Source: an uncultured Verrucomicrobiota bacterium (GTDB lineage: Bacteria > Verrucomicrobiota > Verrucomicrobiia > Limisphaerales > UBA9464). Taken from it: DNA of 64,000 nt. Under the pieces are notes generated by a model. It had not been told where the DNA came from, ran no database searches, and saw only the letters and a program-made list of their open reading frames with translations. Made by a program: the position numbers and the translations under genes. Every line of letters begins with the position of its first letter. Position 1 is the stretch's first letter. Positions 45,524-54,909 of the stretch are shown in pieces. Where the stretch lies: NCBI GenBank assembly GCA_903896505.1, contig CAITXU010000023.1, forward strand, positions 2,079 through 66,078. The letters are read 5' to 3'.

Positions 45524-45811
45524 ATGGAGTTCGACTGGAATAGGTCGCCGTTTGAGTTGGATGGTTCTTTGAAGGTTCGGGATGTCGAGGAGTCGTTTGA
45601 AGACCCGTTCGCCGTCAGGCTGATGCCGGATTCACCCCGGTTCAGTGTGCAGGCGCGGTACTTCAATCTCGGACGTTCGGCCACCGGAATCGGACTATTT
45701 AGTGTGTATCGGACCAACGGGCGCTCCATCCGGGTGCTGCTCGCCCGTCCCTTCACCGAGTCAGAGGATTTTTTCTATCAACGGAAACGTCGGCAGATGT
45801 TGGAAGGATAG
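45524..45811 (+). CDS. BrnT-like (DUF497) type II toxin
   Basis: 95 aa. MEFDWNRSPFE...VEESFEDPFAVRLMPDSPRF...RYFNLGRSATGIGLFSVYRTNGRSIRVLLARPFTESEDFFY follows the F-x-WD...VF.DP......D......R....G......L.VV.T.R....R.IS.R pattern of DUF497 as I remember it. Paired with a CopG/BrnA-type gene 54 nt downstream. Confidence 0.55.
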   Translation: MEFDWNRSPFELDGSLKVRDVEESFEDPFAVRLMPDSPRFSVQARYFNLGRSATGIGLFSVYRTNGRSIRVLLARPFTESEDFFYQRKRRQMLEG

Positions 45812-45865
45812 GGTGATTTTCAGGAACTGGAATTGCGGCGTCCATCGCGGTAAAGCCAAAGAACT

Positions 45866-46147
45866 ATGAGTTTTGGAACGGTCACCTCTTGGGAGGAAGT
45901 CCCACTGTTCGACAGTGAGGATTCGGAGGCGGCCTTTTGGGCTGAGAATGAGGTGGATTTACGCCTCATGGACGATGCGACGGCGGCGTCAACGGAAGGT
46001 TCGGACTCGGTGACCATTACGCTGCGGATCGACCCGCGGATGTTGGCACGAATCAAGCGGTTGGCGAGGGAGCGGTACCTCAACTATCAGAGCATGATCA
46101 AGCAGTGGCTGAGCGAGCGGATGGAGAAGGAATTGAAGGATCGATGA
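45866..46147 (+). CDS. BrnA/CopG-type antitoxin
   Basis: 93 aa. FDSEDSEAAFWAENEVD...VTITLRIDPRMLARIKRLARERYLNYQSMIKQWLSERMEKE matches the F.SE.EE.EFW....D......ISLRL....L..IK..A......YQSLIK.WL.E.L pattern of CopG_antitoxin/BrnA proteins. Confidence 0.65.
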   Translation: MSFGTVTSWEEVPLFDSEDSEAAFWAENEVDLRLMDDATAASTEGSDSVTITLRIDPRMLARIKRLARERYLNYQSMIKQWLSERMEKELKDR

Positions 46148-46253
46148 ACGTGGGTGAACCACAACGGACTGAACAATAGGTATGAACGCACAGTGGCCCA
46201 ACGGGATTGCCTCCAGCGATTCCCTCCAGACACGGTCCAACCGGGACAAATCA

Positions 46254-46979
46254 ATGCCCGGACGCCCCGCCCATGCGTTTACCCTGGTGGAGCTTCTGGT
46301 GGTTATCTCGATCATCGCCACTCTTGCCGGTTTGGTGGTCGGACTGGCCCCAACGGTTGGGGAACGGATGAGGGAATCCCGGATTCGGGCCGAATTGGCG
46401 GAATTGCAATTCGCCATTGAGAGCTATAAGGCCAAGTTTGGAATTTATCCTCCGGACAATGGCAGCTACATCAACGGGACTCAGGCGGAGCGAGACACCG
46501 AGAATCGCAGCGGACTGAGCCCTCTCTACTACGAATTGAGCGGAGTTTTCGTCGATAACGCGAACGGGGTTTTTCTAACGGCCGATACGAAGCAAAGCCT
46601 CAGCCCCATGGACATCCAAAAATATTTTGGCCGGGACGGTTTTGTGAATGCCGCTCTTCTCAATCGCCGTCGCCAGTTCACCCATCGGCTGAATGATCGT
46701 CAGCACGCAGGTATTTCTAGGACCAGCGACGGCGGTGGGTTGGAGGTCTTGGCCGTCGGCTTTATCACCGATTCCACCAGTAAGCGGGGGTCTGGTTTCT
46801 CCTGGCCCACCGACGCGAAGACCCTTGCCCAGTATCCGGCACCGATTCCGGCCAATCCTGGACTGAATCCTTGGCATTATGTCTCCACCAGCCCGGTTCA
46901 CAATCCCGGGGGCTATGATCTTTGGGCCGAGTATTTCGTTCGCGGGGAACGCCGCATCCTGGCGAATTGGAAACAATAA
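46254..46979 (+). CDS. GspG-like major pseudopilin/pilin (prepilin-type N-terminal methylation domain)
   Basis: ATG 46254 gives MPGRPAHA|FTLVELLVVISIIATLAGLVV with Glu5 present, then RESRIRAELAELQFAIESYKAKFGIYPPDN (GspG-like helix and loop). The ORF track start 46182 adds 24 residues. Confidence 0.75.
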   Translation: MPGRPAHAFTLVELLVVISIIATLAGLVVGLAPTVGERMRESRIRAELAELQFAIESYKAKFGIYPPDNGSYINGTQAERDTENRSGLSPLYYELSGVFVDNANGVFLTADTKQSLSPMDIQKYFGRDGFVNAALLNRRRQFTHRLNDRQHAGISRTSDGGGLEVLAVGFITDSTSKRGSGFSWPTDAKTLAQYPAPIPANPGLNPWHYVSTSPVHNPGGYDLWAEYFVRGERRILANWKQ

Positions 46980-47013
46980 GCGTGAAGACCAACCCTCCTA
47001 CCGTCCTTTCCAC

Positions 47014-47826
47014 ATGAGATCCAACGACTCCAACCGGCGACAGGCTCGCGGTTTTACCCTCATCGAACTTCTCGTCGTCATCGCCATCATTGGCATTCTT
47101 GCCGGAATGTTGCTTCCCGCCATCGCTGGAGCCACCAAGAAGGTCAAGGTCAAGAAGGCGGCTGTAGACATCGCCAACATCGTATCGGCAGTGACCGCCT
47201 TTCAAACCGAGAACCAGCGCCTTCCCAGTTCGGAGAGGACGCGCAACGCCGTGACAACGGCTTTTCCCGACTTCACCTACGGCGCCATTCAGGGAGGGAC
47301 CCAAGTCTTCGACAGCAGCCGTAAATTTGCCTATGACGCCATTTCCAATCCCGCTCCGGGCGGCTGGCAGGTCAGCAATGCCGAATTAATCGCCATCCTC
47401 ACCGACACGTCGCTTTCTGCCAACGACTTCACCGGATCGGTTCCGGGCTACGCCGTCGTCCTGGATTCGGATAGCAAGGCCATCAACTTTGGTCACAAGC
47501 TCAGTCCCAAACGATCGACCATCTTGAACGTCAAGACGGTCAAGGGAACCGGTCCCAATGGGATTAGCGAAGAGGACAAGATTTATCGGGATCCTTGGGG
47601 CCACCCCTACATCGTGACCTTGGACCTCGATTATGACGGTCGAATCCTGGACCCCTTCAGCAACAACCCTCCGGCCACGGACCCCAAAGCCCGCTTCATC
47701 AATCAGCCGGTGATCGCCTGGTCGCTCGGGCCCGACGGACGGGCTGACCTGACCCAGCCGCCGGGTCGGGCTCCTTCATCCGGTGTGTTCGTCAACAAGG
47801 ACAATATCTATAGCTGGCGTGAGTAA
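47014..47826 (+). CDS. Prepilin-type pseudopilin
   Basis: ATG 47014 gives [39 protein letters not shown]. The ORF track start 46879 overlaps the previous gene. Confidence 0.8.
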   Translation: MRSNDSNRRQARGFTLIELLVVIAIIGILAGMLLPAIAGATKKVKVKKAAVDIANIVSAVTAFQTENQRLPSSERTRNAVTTAFPDFTYGAIQGGTQVFDSSRKFAYDAISNPAPGGWQVSNAELIAILTDTSLSANDFTGSVPGYAVVLDSDSKAINFGHKLSPKRSTILNVKTVKGTGPNGISEEDKIYRDPWGHPYIVTLDLDYDGRILDPFSNNPPATDPKARFINQPVIAWSLGPDGRADLTQPPGRAPSSGVFVNKDNIYSWRE

Positions 47827-47860
47827 TTCCTAAAGCGATCCTCTTCCAAGCCTCCGAGCC

Positions 47861-48835
47861 ATGAAAACGTTGTACGCCCATCCATTGATCATCCGGGGAA
47901 ACCGTCGGATGCGCTCGGGGCACGGTTTTACGCTCCTGGAATTGCTGGTGGTCATCGGGTTGATTGGGCTGATGACCTTTATTGCCATTCCTGCCATCAA
48001 AGGGTTTGGTCAGTCCAACAAACTGGCGGCGGCACAGCGGCAGTTGTCCGACGACATTGGCTATGCCCGCCAATACGCCATCAACAATCGGGTGCCGGTG
48101 TTCGTTGTCTTTTTTGCGCCATATGACCCCGAGGGGAAAAACCGGCAGCCGGTGCCATTTCCAGCGCAGGTCGACCAAAATCATCAAGCCTGGAAGTCTT
48201 ATCAAAAAAGCCTTCAGGGACCGCAGACGAATTTGACGGAACTTGCCCTTCAGACGTTCACCAATGTCTACAGTGCGGCAAATGCCTGCTATGCCTTCTA
48301 TACCGAGCAGTCGCTGGGAGACCAACCGGGGGTGACCCGCAAACGCTATGTCTCATTCTCGGGGAATATCTGGAAGACCCTTCCGGAGGGAATCATTCTG
48401 GCTCCGTACCTGAACCCATCCCTTTCGTATAATAATTACACCACCAACCTGGATTATAAGACGGTGCCATTCCCGATCGCAGACCAGCTTCCCGGGTTGG
48501 TGCCGAAGAACTTCGGATGGCCGACGCTGAAACTGCCCGTATTGGCTTTTGACAGCCAGGGGCGTCTCCTCCGATTTAAGCAGGGGACTGAATCGCCTGA
48601 CCCGGCCGGACTTTTGGCGGACCGCTATCTCGCCTTGGGTCTGGGAACTGTGATTCTTCCCCGCCAGCCTGTTTTCGATACGCCGGGAAGTGGTGTCCGG
48701 CGTCAGGCAACGGATTTCGATTACACGGGCAACATCGACGTGTTGGAGACACCTCGCTCCAATTATACCAACTCATTCTATCGCGTTCAGGCCCTGACGG
48801 GGCGGATTCGAAAGCAACCCTGGCCGGTTTTCTGA
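47861..48835 (+). CDS. Minor pseudopilin (GspH/FimT-like N-terminus)
   Basis: ...MRSGHG|FTLLELLVVIGLIGLMTFIAIPAIKGFGQSNKLAAAQRQLSDDIGYARQYAINN. The alternative start ATG 47909 gives a shorter leader. Confidence 0.8.
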   Translation: MKTLYAHPLIIRGNRRMRSGHGFTLLELLVVIGLIGLMTFIAIPAIKGFGQSNKLAAAQRQLSDDIGYARQYAINNRVPVFVVFFAPYDPEGKNRQPVPFPAQVDQNHQAWKSYQKSLQGPQTNLTELALQTFTNVYSAANACYAFYTEQSLGDQPGVTRKRYVSFSGNIWKTLPEGIILAPYLNPSLSYNNYTTNLDYKTVPFPIADQLPGLVPKNFGWPTLKLPVLAFDSQGRLLRFKQGTESPDPAGLLADRYLALGLGTVILPRQPVFDTPGSGVRRQATDFDYTGNIDVLETPRSNYTNSFYRVQALTGRIRKQPWPVF

Positions 48836-48843
48836 AAGGCTTC

Positions 48844-49752
48844 ATGCAAACGACATTCATTCGAGCCTCCCGTCGGACCGCCGGATTTACGATGGTCGAA
48901 CTGGCCATATGCATCGCGGTAGTCGCCGTGGCGATGGTTGCGATCATTGGAGTTCTACCGTCGGGTCTGGGGAGTCAGCAGCTGAGCAGGGAAGAGACCA
49001 TTGTCAACCAGGATGCCACCGTTCTCCTGGAGGCAATTCGGACTGGTGCATGGCTGTCGGACGATCTGACCAATTATGTCGATTATGTGGTGATTGAGCG
49101 TCGCGTTTTCGATGGGGAAAATTCAAATCGCGTGATCACCAATGGGTTCGCGGGCCCTTGGTTTTCCCGGGCCAATGTCCCGCCTCCAGCGACCTACCTT
49201 CAATCTCCCCTGGATGTGGTCGGCGCGTTATCGCTGCCCAAGTATGAGTCCATTCCAGAGTATGACGCTTACTTTAACCGCAAGGTTCCAGGTCAGGGTT
49301 TCACCAATACCGTCATCGCTCAATTTCGCGCATTCAGCGGTTCTCTCAATGAGAAGCCGATGATCACCAATTCGCTGAGCCCCGTTGCCGGAACGTATGA
49401 TTCTTCCTTCAGGTATCTGGTTCGGGTTGAAATCAGTCCTGTTCGGACCCGTCCGCAACCTTCCACCAATCGGGTGGCGTTGACGAACACCATCGTGGCC
49501 TTGCATACGCAGGAGAATGTGGTTCGACATTCACTGTACGATGTCAGCTTGACCGTCCAATGGCCGGTTTTTGGGAATGAAGTTCCGGCCCGGGTGGGGA
49601 ACAATTCACGGACGCTGCGAACTCAAGTGCAGGGACGCCTGGTTCCGTTCTATTTCAACGGAGCAACCACTCCGTACACGCTTCAGAATTCTTCCGTGGT
49701 TCCGCGCCATTTCACCACGGATTCCGCTTCGGCCAATGTCCTCTATCCGTAA
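48844..49752 (+). CDS. Minor pseudopilin (GspI/PilV-like)
   Basis: MQTTFIRASRRTAG|FTMVELAICIAVVAVAMVAIIGVLPSGL. 8-nt gap from the upstream gene. Confidence 0.75.
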   Translation: MQTTFIRASRRTAGFTMVELAICIAVVAVAMVAIIGVLPSGLGSQQLSREETIVNQDATVLLEAIRTGAWLSDDLTNYVDYVVIERRVFDGENSNRVITNGFAGPWFSRANVPPPATYLQSPLDVVGALSLPKYESIPEYDAYFNRKVPGQGFTNTVIAQFRAFSGSLNEKPMITNSLSPVAGTYDSSFRYLVRVEISPVRTRPQPSTNRVALTNTIVALHTQENVVRHSLYDVSLTVQWPVFGNEVPARVGNNSRTLRTQVQGRLVPFYFNGATTPYTLQNSSVVPRHFTTDSASANVLYP

Positions 49753-49758
49753 ACGCCG

Positions 49759-50661
49759 ATGAGACCCCTACCGAAACTTTCTTTCCCCCGTCGAGTTCGG
49801 GCAGCCTTTTCGCTCCTGGAGTTGCTGGTATCCATGGGGTTGTTGTCGGTCATCGTGCTGGCTCTGTTCAGCATGTTTGATCAGACCCAGAAGGCCCTCC
49901 ATACAGCGATTGCCCAAACGGATGTCATGGAGCCCGGACGCGCGGCGATGGACCTCTTGACGCGAGATTTGGAACGAGGGCGGGCCACCCGTTTTGCAGG
50001 AGTCACGAACCTGCTGATTAAACGACGGGACCGTAATGGACCTTATTTCATCCCTGGTGTGCTGGACGCCTATCACCGCGACTCGGCATTGCATGAGCTG
50101 TTCTACGTTTCTCCGTTGAAGGGACTCCAATGGACAGCTCAGGGTTGGTTTGTGGCTGACGACGTGGACCCGTCTCAGCCCCCCGATTCCACCCGGTTGG
50201 GATCGCTCTACCGATTTGAGTCGACCAACGTGGCTGTGCTCCGTGGAACGAAAGTCACCAACGACTTCAACCGGCAATGGATTGAGTTTACACGCCGAAG
50301 CACCAATGCCCCTCAGTTCGGGCGTTTTATTGATGGTGTTGTCTTCTTCCGGGCAACCGCCTTCAGTGCCAACGGTCTGCCGCTGGATTCGTGGGTCTTT
50401 CCCAAGGACATTCCGTCAGGTGTCGTCATCACCAACCTGAGTTCTTCCGTCTCGTTGACGGGTTTTACCAACCAGGCGTTGCCAATGGCGCTGGAAGTGG
50501 AGTTCGGGGTACTGCCTCCCAAGCTGTTGACGCAATATCGGGCACTTCCATCAGGGAACCCCGTGAATGCAGCCAGTTTCCGGTCCAATTTCTTCGTGAA
50601 ATACCGTGGTGACGTCCAGGTATTTCGCCAGCGCATCTCCCTCAGCTCCGCGATCCAATGA
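49759..50661 (+). CDS. Minor pseudopilin (GspJ/PilW-like)
   Basis: MRPLPKLSFPRRVRAA|FSLLELLVSMGLLSVIVLALFSMFDQTQKAL. The stop overlaps the next start (ATGA at 50658). Confidence 0.75.
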   Translation: MRPLPKLSFPRRVRAAFSLLELLVSMGLLSVIVLALFSMFDQTQKALHTAIAQTDVMEPGRAAMDLLTRDLERGRATRFAGVTNLLIKRRDRNGPYFIPGVLDAYHRDSALHELFYVSPLKGLQWTAQGWFVADDVDPSQPPDSTRLGSLYRFESTNVAVLRGTKVTNDFNRQWIEFTRRSTNAPQFGRFIDGVVFFRATAFSANGLPLDSWVFPKDIPSGVVITNLSSSVSLTGFTNQALPMALEVEFGVLPPKLLTQYRALPSGNPVNAASFRSNFFVKYRGDVQVFRQRISLSSAIQ

Positions 50662-53600
50662 AACGATCCGCTGTCTCCGCTCGTCAGGGCATCGCCCTGG
50701 TTATCACTCTGATCATGCTGTCAGTGGTGACCATCACTGCGGTTGCATTTCTTGCTGTGAGCCGCCGGGACCGGGGATCAACCGTGTCTGCCGGGGCACA
50801 AATTGATGTCCGCTTTCTGGCTGACGCGGCTTTTAACCGAGCCAAGGCTGAGGTCGCCTCGCGCATCGACGCCGCCAGCAACCGCTTCGCCTTCGGATTC
50901 CTGGTTTCTACCAATTACAATAATCCGTATTCGAACCCCAACTATTCCTACCTTCTCACCGGGAATTTGGACCACCTGACCAACGTCAACTACCTGAACA
51001 CAGCCAATCCGGCGAATCCGCGTGTGTTCGATTTTTCGCGGGCCGGTGATCGAGCACTGCACCGGCAGATGCTCGCGAATCTTTACTATTCTCCCCGGGC
51101 TCCAGTCTTTGTCCAAACCAACAGTTCATTGCTGGCACCGACAGAGTTTCGCTACTACCTCGACCTGAATAGAAATGGTCGTTTTGAGACCAATGGGTGG
51201 GTAATCGGTACGGATGCCCAGGGGCGGACCAACGGGTTTGGGCTGGAATATGTGGTGGGCGACCCGGAATGGCAGGGATACCTGGAACATCCCGACCTTC
51301 CCCACTCCGGAACCAATCGATTTTTAGGGCGAGTCGCCTATGTGGTGGTGCCATCCGGTCGCAATCTCGACATCAACTTCAATCACAACGCGGTGAAATC
51401 GGCCCACGGCGTTCCCGATCAAGGCGGACTGGGAAAGTCAGCCTTTATGCGTAACGAGGGAGTCGGCGGGTGGGAAATCAACCTCGCAGGATTCTTCAGC
51501 GATCTGAATACCAATACTTGGTATGTCTCCTCTCCCCAACTCCCCTACCAATACACGACCAATTTAGGTACCCCCAGCAGCGGACTGGCATTTGATGATG
51601 CCTCCATTTTGTTGCGGCAACGTCGGGTGGCCCAAGCCAATCTCGCTTTCAGTCAGGACTTTTTGTCACGGGATACCGGTGTTTCCGGAACCTTCGCGTC
51701 ACAGTTCCGAAATGACCGTGTCGACTGGTTTTCTGATGGTCCGATTGCCACCTCGCTGGCCGAGGTGAAATACGGGACGTTGGATAACGACGCCTCGGAT
51801 GTCCGGTGGGCGGGCAGTGACTATACCAATTCGTTCGTTGACCTGAATCAACTGTTCAATCCGTCCCTGGATTCCACCCTTGGCTTTGCCAATCGACTGA
51901 GTGGCATCAGCACCAATAATTCGTTTCGTAGTTCCTACGATAACTACACCTTCTATCGAATGATTGGTCAATTGGGGTTCGATTCATCGGATGCTCGATT
52001 TGAATCCGGCCTGCATCCGGCCTATGCCACGGCCAACAACCCCTCTGGTTTCTACCGCCGTGCCAAACTCAATTTGAATTATGCCATGGACAATCCGGAT
52101 GGGGACCGACCTGCCAATGCTCTGTTGAAGGCGGATTCCTTTGGATTTCAGGCTTGGTCGCCCCTCGGTTGGTTCACCAACGCAGCCAATCGGCTACTCC
52201 TCACCGAATTCACCAACGGGCTGCCCTTTTTTGCGAGCACCCCGTTCGGAACCCGATTCAATCACGGTCTGGCGGTGGCCGGCGGGGTCAATGTCCGGGT
52301 GACCAATCAGGTGGGAAATCGGACCGTGATTCAGAGTTACCGGACCAATTACGTCTACAACCCTCAAGTGCATCGCCTGCTGCAGCTGGCTGCGAACATT
52401 TTCGACTATACCACCAACACCGCTTTCATCTCCTCTTTTGCACCGGGATTTCCCACCGTGTTTCGTCCTTTGTTTTATACCGACAAGGGAACCAACAAGG
52501 TGGTTCGTTTGGGCGGATACGCTCCGCTTAACGGATGGGATTCCAACTATCTCAACAACTGGTACGCGCCCGACGATCCTCGTTTCCTCAACACTTTGAC
52601 GACGGACCCCACGAATGGGATTTATGGCTCAGCGCAGTTCAAATCCCCTGCCGTCGCCAAACCCTATGGGATTCCCTGGGTCATCGGTGCCAAGCGGGGC
52701 TTACCTGAGTTTCATGAGGCCTTCTGGCAATCAGCCGTGCAGGTCACCCGACGTCTATTGTTCACCCGACGGGCTCCCCAGACGGTCATGGGGACCAGTG
52801 AAGTCCCATTCTCCGGTGGTAACGGCAAGGGCTTTGACACATTGGTCCAATATCGACTGCGGATCACCAATTCCGTGGCGGCGGACGCCTACTATGCGTA
52901 TACCAACCCGTTCCCACGCGCTGTCACGGTTCAGGTCAAGAATTACCATACCTTTACTTTGAAGTCCGATCTCCCGGGCGGAAGCAGTCGGGTGGTCTTC
53001 ACCCGCCAAATCGACATTCCCACCGGGGCCGTCCAGGTTGGCATCAACAAATGGCTTCCATCGACTTATGTGGCCGCTGTGAATTCTGGTCAGACCAATG
53101 CGCTGGTGTATGACCTGATCTATGATCCTGTCCTTGGGGCAGTCTTTGACGCCGGTACCAATTACAATGCCCATTTTGTGGCGGCCAACGCCCCATTTAC
53201 TCCAATAACCGCCTTTGTCACCAATAGCTTGGTGTTTGTCATCTCCGATGATCTGAGCAAAAGAGTCATCGATTTGGTTACCCTGCAAAGTTCCATGGTC
53301 GAGACGAACGTCCTCCGGTTCCTGGGAGAATCCACCACCGGTGGTCTTGGGGCCTTACCCATTGGTGGCGGTGGCGGGGGTGGCGGTCTGACCCCGGCCA
53401 GCCTGTGGTCCACCAATCGATTGGCTATCTACGGCACGACCGGCATCAGCAATCAGTTTCGAGTGGCCACGAAGCGTAGCGATTTGCCTGCTGGACAATG
53501 GGTCAATGCAGTGGGCGGGGTTGGGGCCCCTGACCTGGACCGCGACAAGTCCATCGCAGGTCTGAACTACTTTCTCTATCACACGTCGGCCGACCAATTG

Positions 53601-54869
53601 GATCGTGCCACCAAGGCGGCCATTGATCAGGCGGTCTATATGCAGTCCGGCTACAATCCCACGGCTACTGTGTTCCTGACAGATCGCCGGATGGCCAATG
53701 ACCCTCTCGTTCATTATACCGCCGATGACTTGGTTCCTGGATATTCCGCCTACGGCGAACCAGGAGGGTATGCAGAAGTGGTGGTCGGTGGAGTCCGGCG
53801 TACCCCCAAGAATGGCAATCCCTTCACTCTGGATGCGAAAGTCACCACCAATCAAGTGGGCCTACCCCGGAAGTTGCTCTCTGCATCGGCACCGTGGGGA
53901 ACCAACGCCAATTATGGCTATTTTGTTCCACCCAAGGTGGACGATGCAAACAGCATAGCCTTCGACATGGCTTTCAAGGACCCGGGAATCACCCAATCGG
54001 ATGACTGGAATTTCCCGACCAATCGGTCCACTAAATTCAGCAATATTGGCCTTCTGGGGAGGGTTCACCGTGGCACCCCCTGGCAGACCGTCTATATGAA
54101 GGCGGCCACCAACCCTATAGGCACCGTCGTCAGCCGGATGGAGGGGGCAAAATCCTGGGGAGCGTGGGCTGGGAATGTGGAGACCTACCCAGCCAAGGAT
54201 CGGAATATTTTCGACCTTTTTACCACTGCGTTGAATGACAATTCCGCACGGGGCCTCATGGGGGTCAATCAAACGAACCTCGCGAGTTGGTCCGCCCTTC
54301 TTTCCGGTGTTCCCATCCTCCAGAACAACGACAACCGCAATAATCCAAAACTGGCGTTGATCCAGCCCTCGTCCGTCGAGTTGAAACAAGTCTTGGTGGG
54401 TTACACCAACAATCCAAATGCGAAGGGGGCACAGCGGGAGGTTATTCCAGGTTTGTTGGGAACCATCACCAACTCCGTCCTTGCCCCTGGCGGATACTTT
54501 ACCGGACTAGGCGCAATTCTTGCCACTCCCACCCTGACCGACCGTTCACCGTTCCTCAACATTCCGACCAATTCGGCGGGTTGGAAGTTGACAAAAAACC
54601 TGACCGACGAGGTGGTGGAACGTCTGCCCCAACAAATCCTGTCGCTGATGAAGGCGGACGAGCCACGAGTCACCGTTTACAGTTTTGCGCAGATGCTCAA
54701 GCCGGCGGCCAATTCCTTGGTGACGACGCCCGGGCCATTCTACGGACTTTGCACGAACTATCAGGTGACTGCGGAGTATGCCACCAAGACCGTCCTGCGG
54801 CTGGATGGTCCACCGCGCGATCTCAAGACCGTGATCGAAGACCAAAGGGTGATCTACCCGGGTAATTAG
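50658..54869 (+). CDS. Giant (1,403-aa) GspK/PilX_N-like pseudopilin lacking Glu5
   Basis: MKRSAVSARQG|IALVITLIMLSVVTITAVAFLAVSRRD is a PilX_N/GspK-style N-terminus with no Glu at +5. The rest has no family I recognise. It contains a GGGGGGGG tract (LPIGGGGGGGGLTP). Translationally coupled to the upstream pseudopilin. Confidence 0.75.
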   Translation: MKRSAVSARQGIALVITLIMLSVVTITAVAFLAVSRRDRGSTVSAGAQIDVRFLADAAFNRAKAEVASRIDAASNRFAFGFLVSTNYNNPYSNPNYSYLLTGNLDHLTNVNYLNTANPANPRVFDFSRAGDRALHRQMLANLYYSPRAPVFVQTNSSLLAPTEFRYYLDLNRNGRFETNGWVIGTDAQGRTNGFGLEYVVGDPEWQGYLEHPDLPHSGTNRFLGRVAYVVVPSGRNLDINFNHNAVKSAHGVPDQGGLGKSAFMRNEGVGGWEINLAGFFSDLNTNTWYVSSPQLPYQYTTNLGTPSSGLAFDDASILLRQRRVAQANLAFSQDFLSRDTGVSGTFASQFRNDRVDWFSDGPIATSLAEVKYGTLDNDASDVRWAGSDYTNSFVDLNQLFNPSLDSTLGFANRLSGISTNNSFRSSYDNYTFYRMIGQLGFDSSDARFESGLHPAYATANNPSGFYRRAKLNLNYAMDNPDGDRPANALLKADSFGFQAWSPLGWFTNAANRLLLTEFTNGLPFFASTPFGTRFNHGLAVAGGVNVRVTNQVGNRTVIQSYRTNYVYNPQVHRLLQLAANIFDYTTNTAFISSFAPGFPTVFRPLFYTDKGTNKVVRLGGYAPLNGWDSNYLNNWYAPDDPRFLNTLTTDPTNGIYGSAQFKSPAVAKPYGIPWVIGAKRGLPEFHEAFWQSAVQVTRRLLFTRRAPQTVMGTSEVPFSGGNGKGFDTLVQYRLRITNSVAADAYYAYTNPFPRAVTVQVKNYHTFTLKSDLPGGSSRVVFTRQIDIPTGAVQVGINKWLPSTYVAAVNSGQTNALVYDLIYDPVLGAVFDAGTNYNAHFVAANAPFTPITAFVTNSLVFVISDDLSKRVIDLVTLQSSMVETNVLRFLGESTTGGLGALPIGGGGGGGGLTPASLWSTNRLAIYGTTGISNQFRVATKRSDLPAGQWVNAVGGVGAPDLDRDKSIAGLNYFLYHTSADQLDRATKAAIDQAVYMQSGYNPTATVFLTDRRMANDPLVHYTADDLVPGYSAYGEPGGYAEVVVGGVRRTPKNGNPFTLDAKVTTNQVGLPRKLLSASAPWGTNANYGYFVPPKVDDANSIAFDMAFKDPGITQSDDWNFPTNRSTKFSNIGLLGRVHRGTPWQTVYMKAATNPIGTVVSRMEGAKSWGAWAGNVETYPAKDRNIFDLFTTALNDNSARGLMGVNQTNLASWSALLSGVPILQNNDNRNNPKLALIQPSSVELKQVLVGYTNNPNAKGAQREVIPGLLGTITNSVLAPGGYFTGLGAILATPTLTDRSPFLNIPTNSAGWKLTKNLTDEVVERLPQQILSLMKADEPRVTVYSFAQMLKPAANSLVTTPGPFYGLCTNYQVTAEYATKTVLRLDGPPRDLKTVIEDQRVIYPGN

Positions 54870-54909
54870 TCGGAAATTTCTCGATTTAGCTGCAAGGAGG
54901 TTTTAAATC

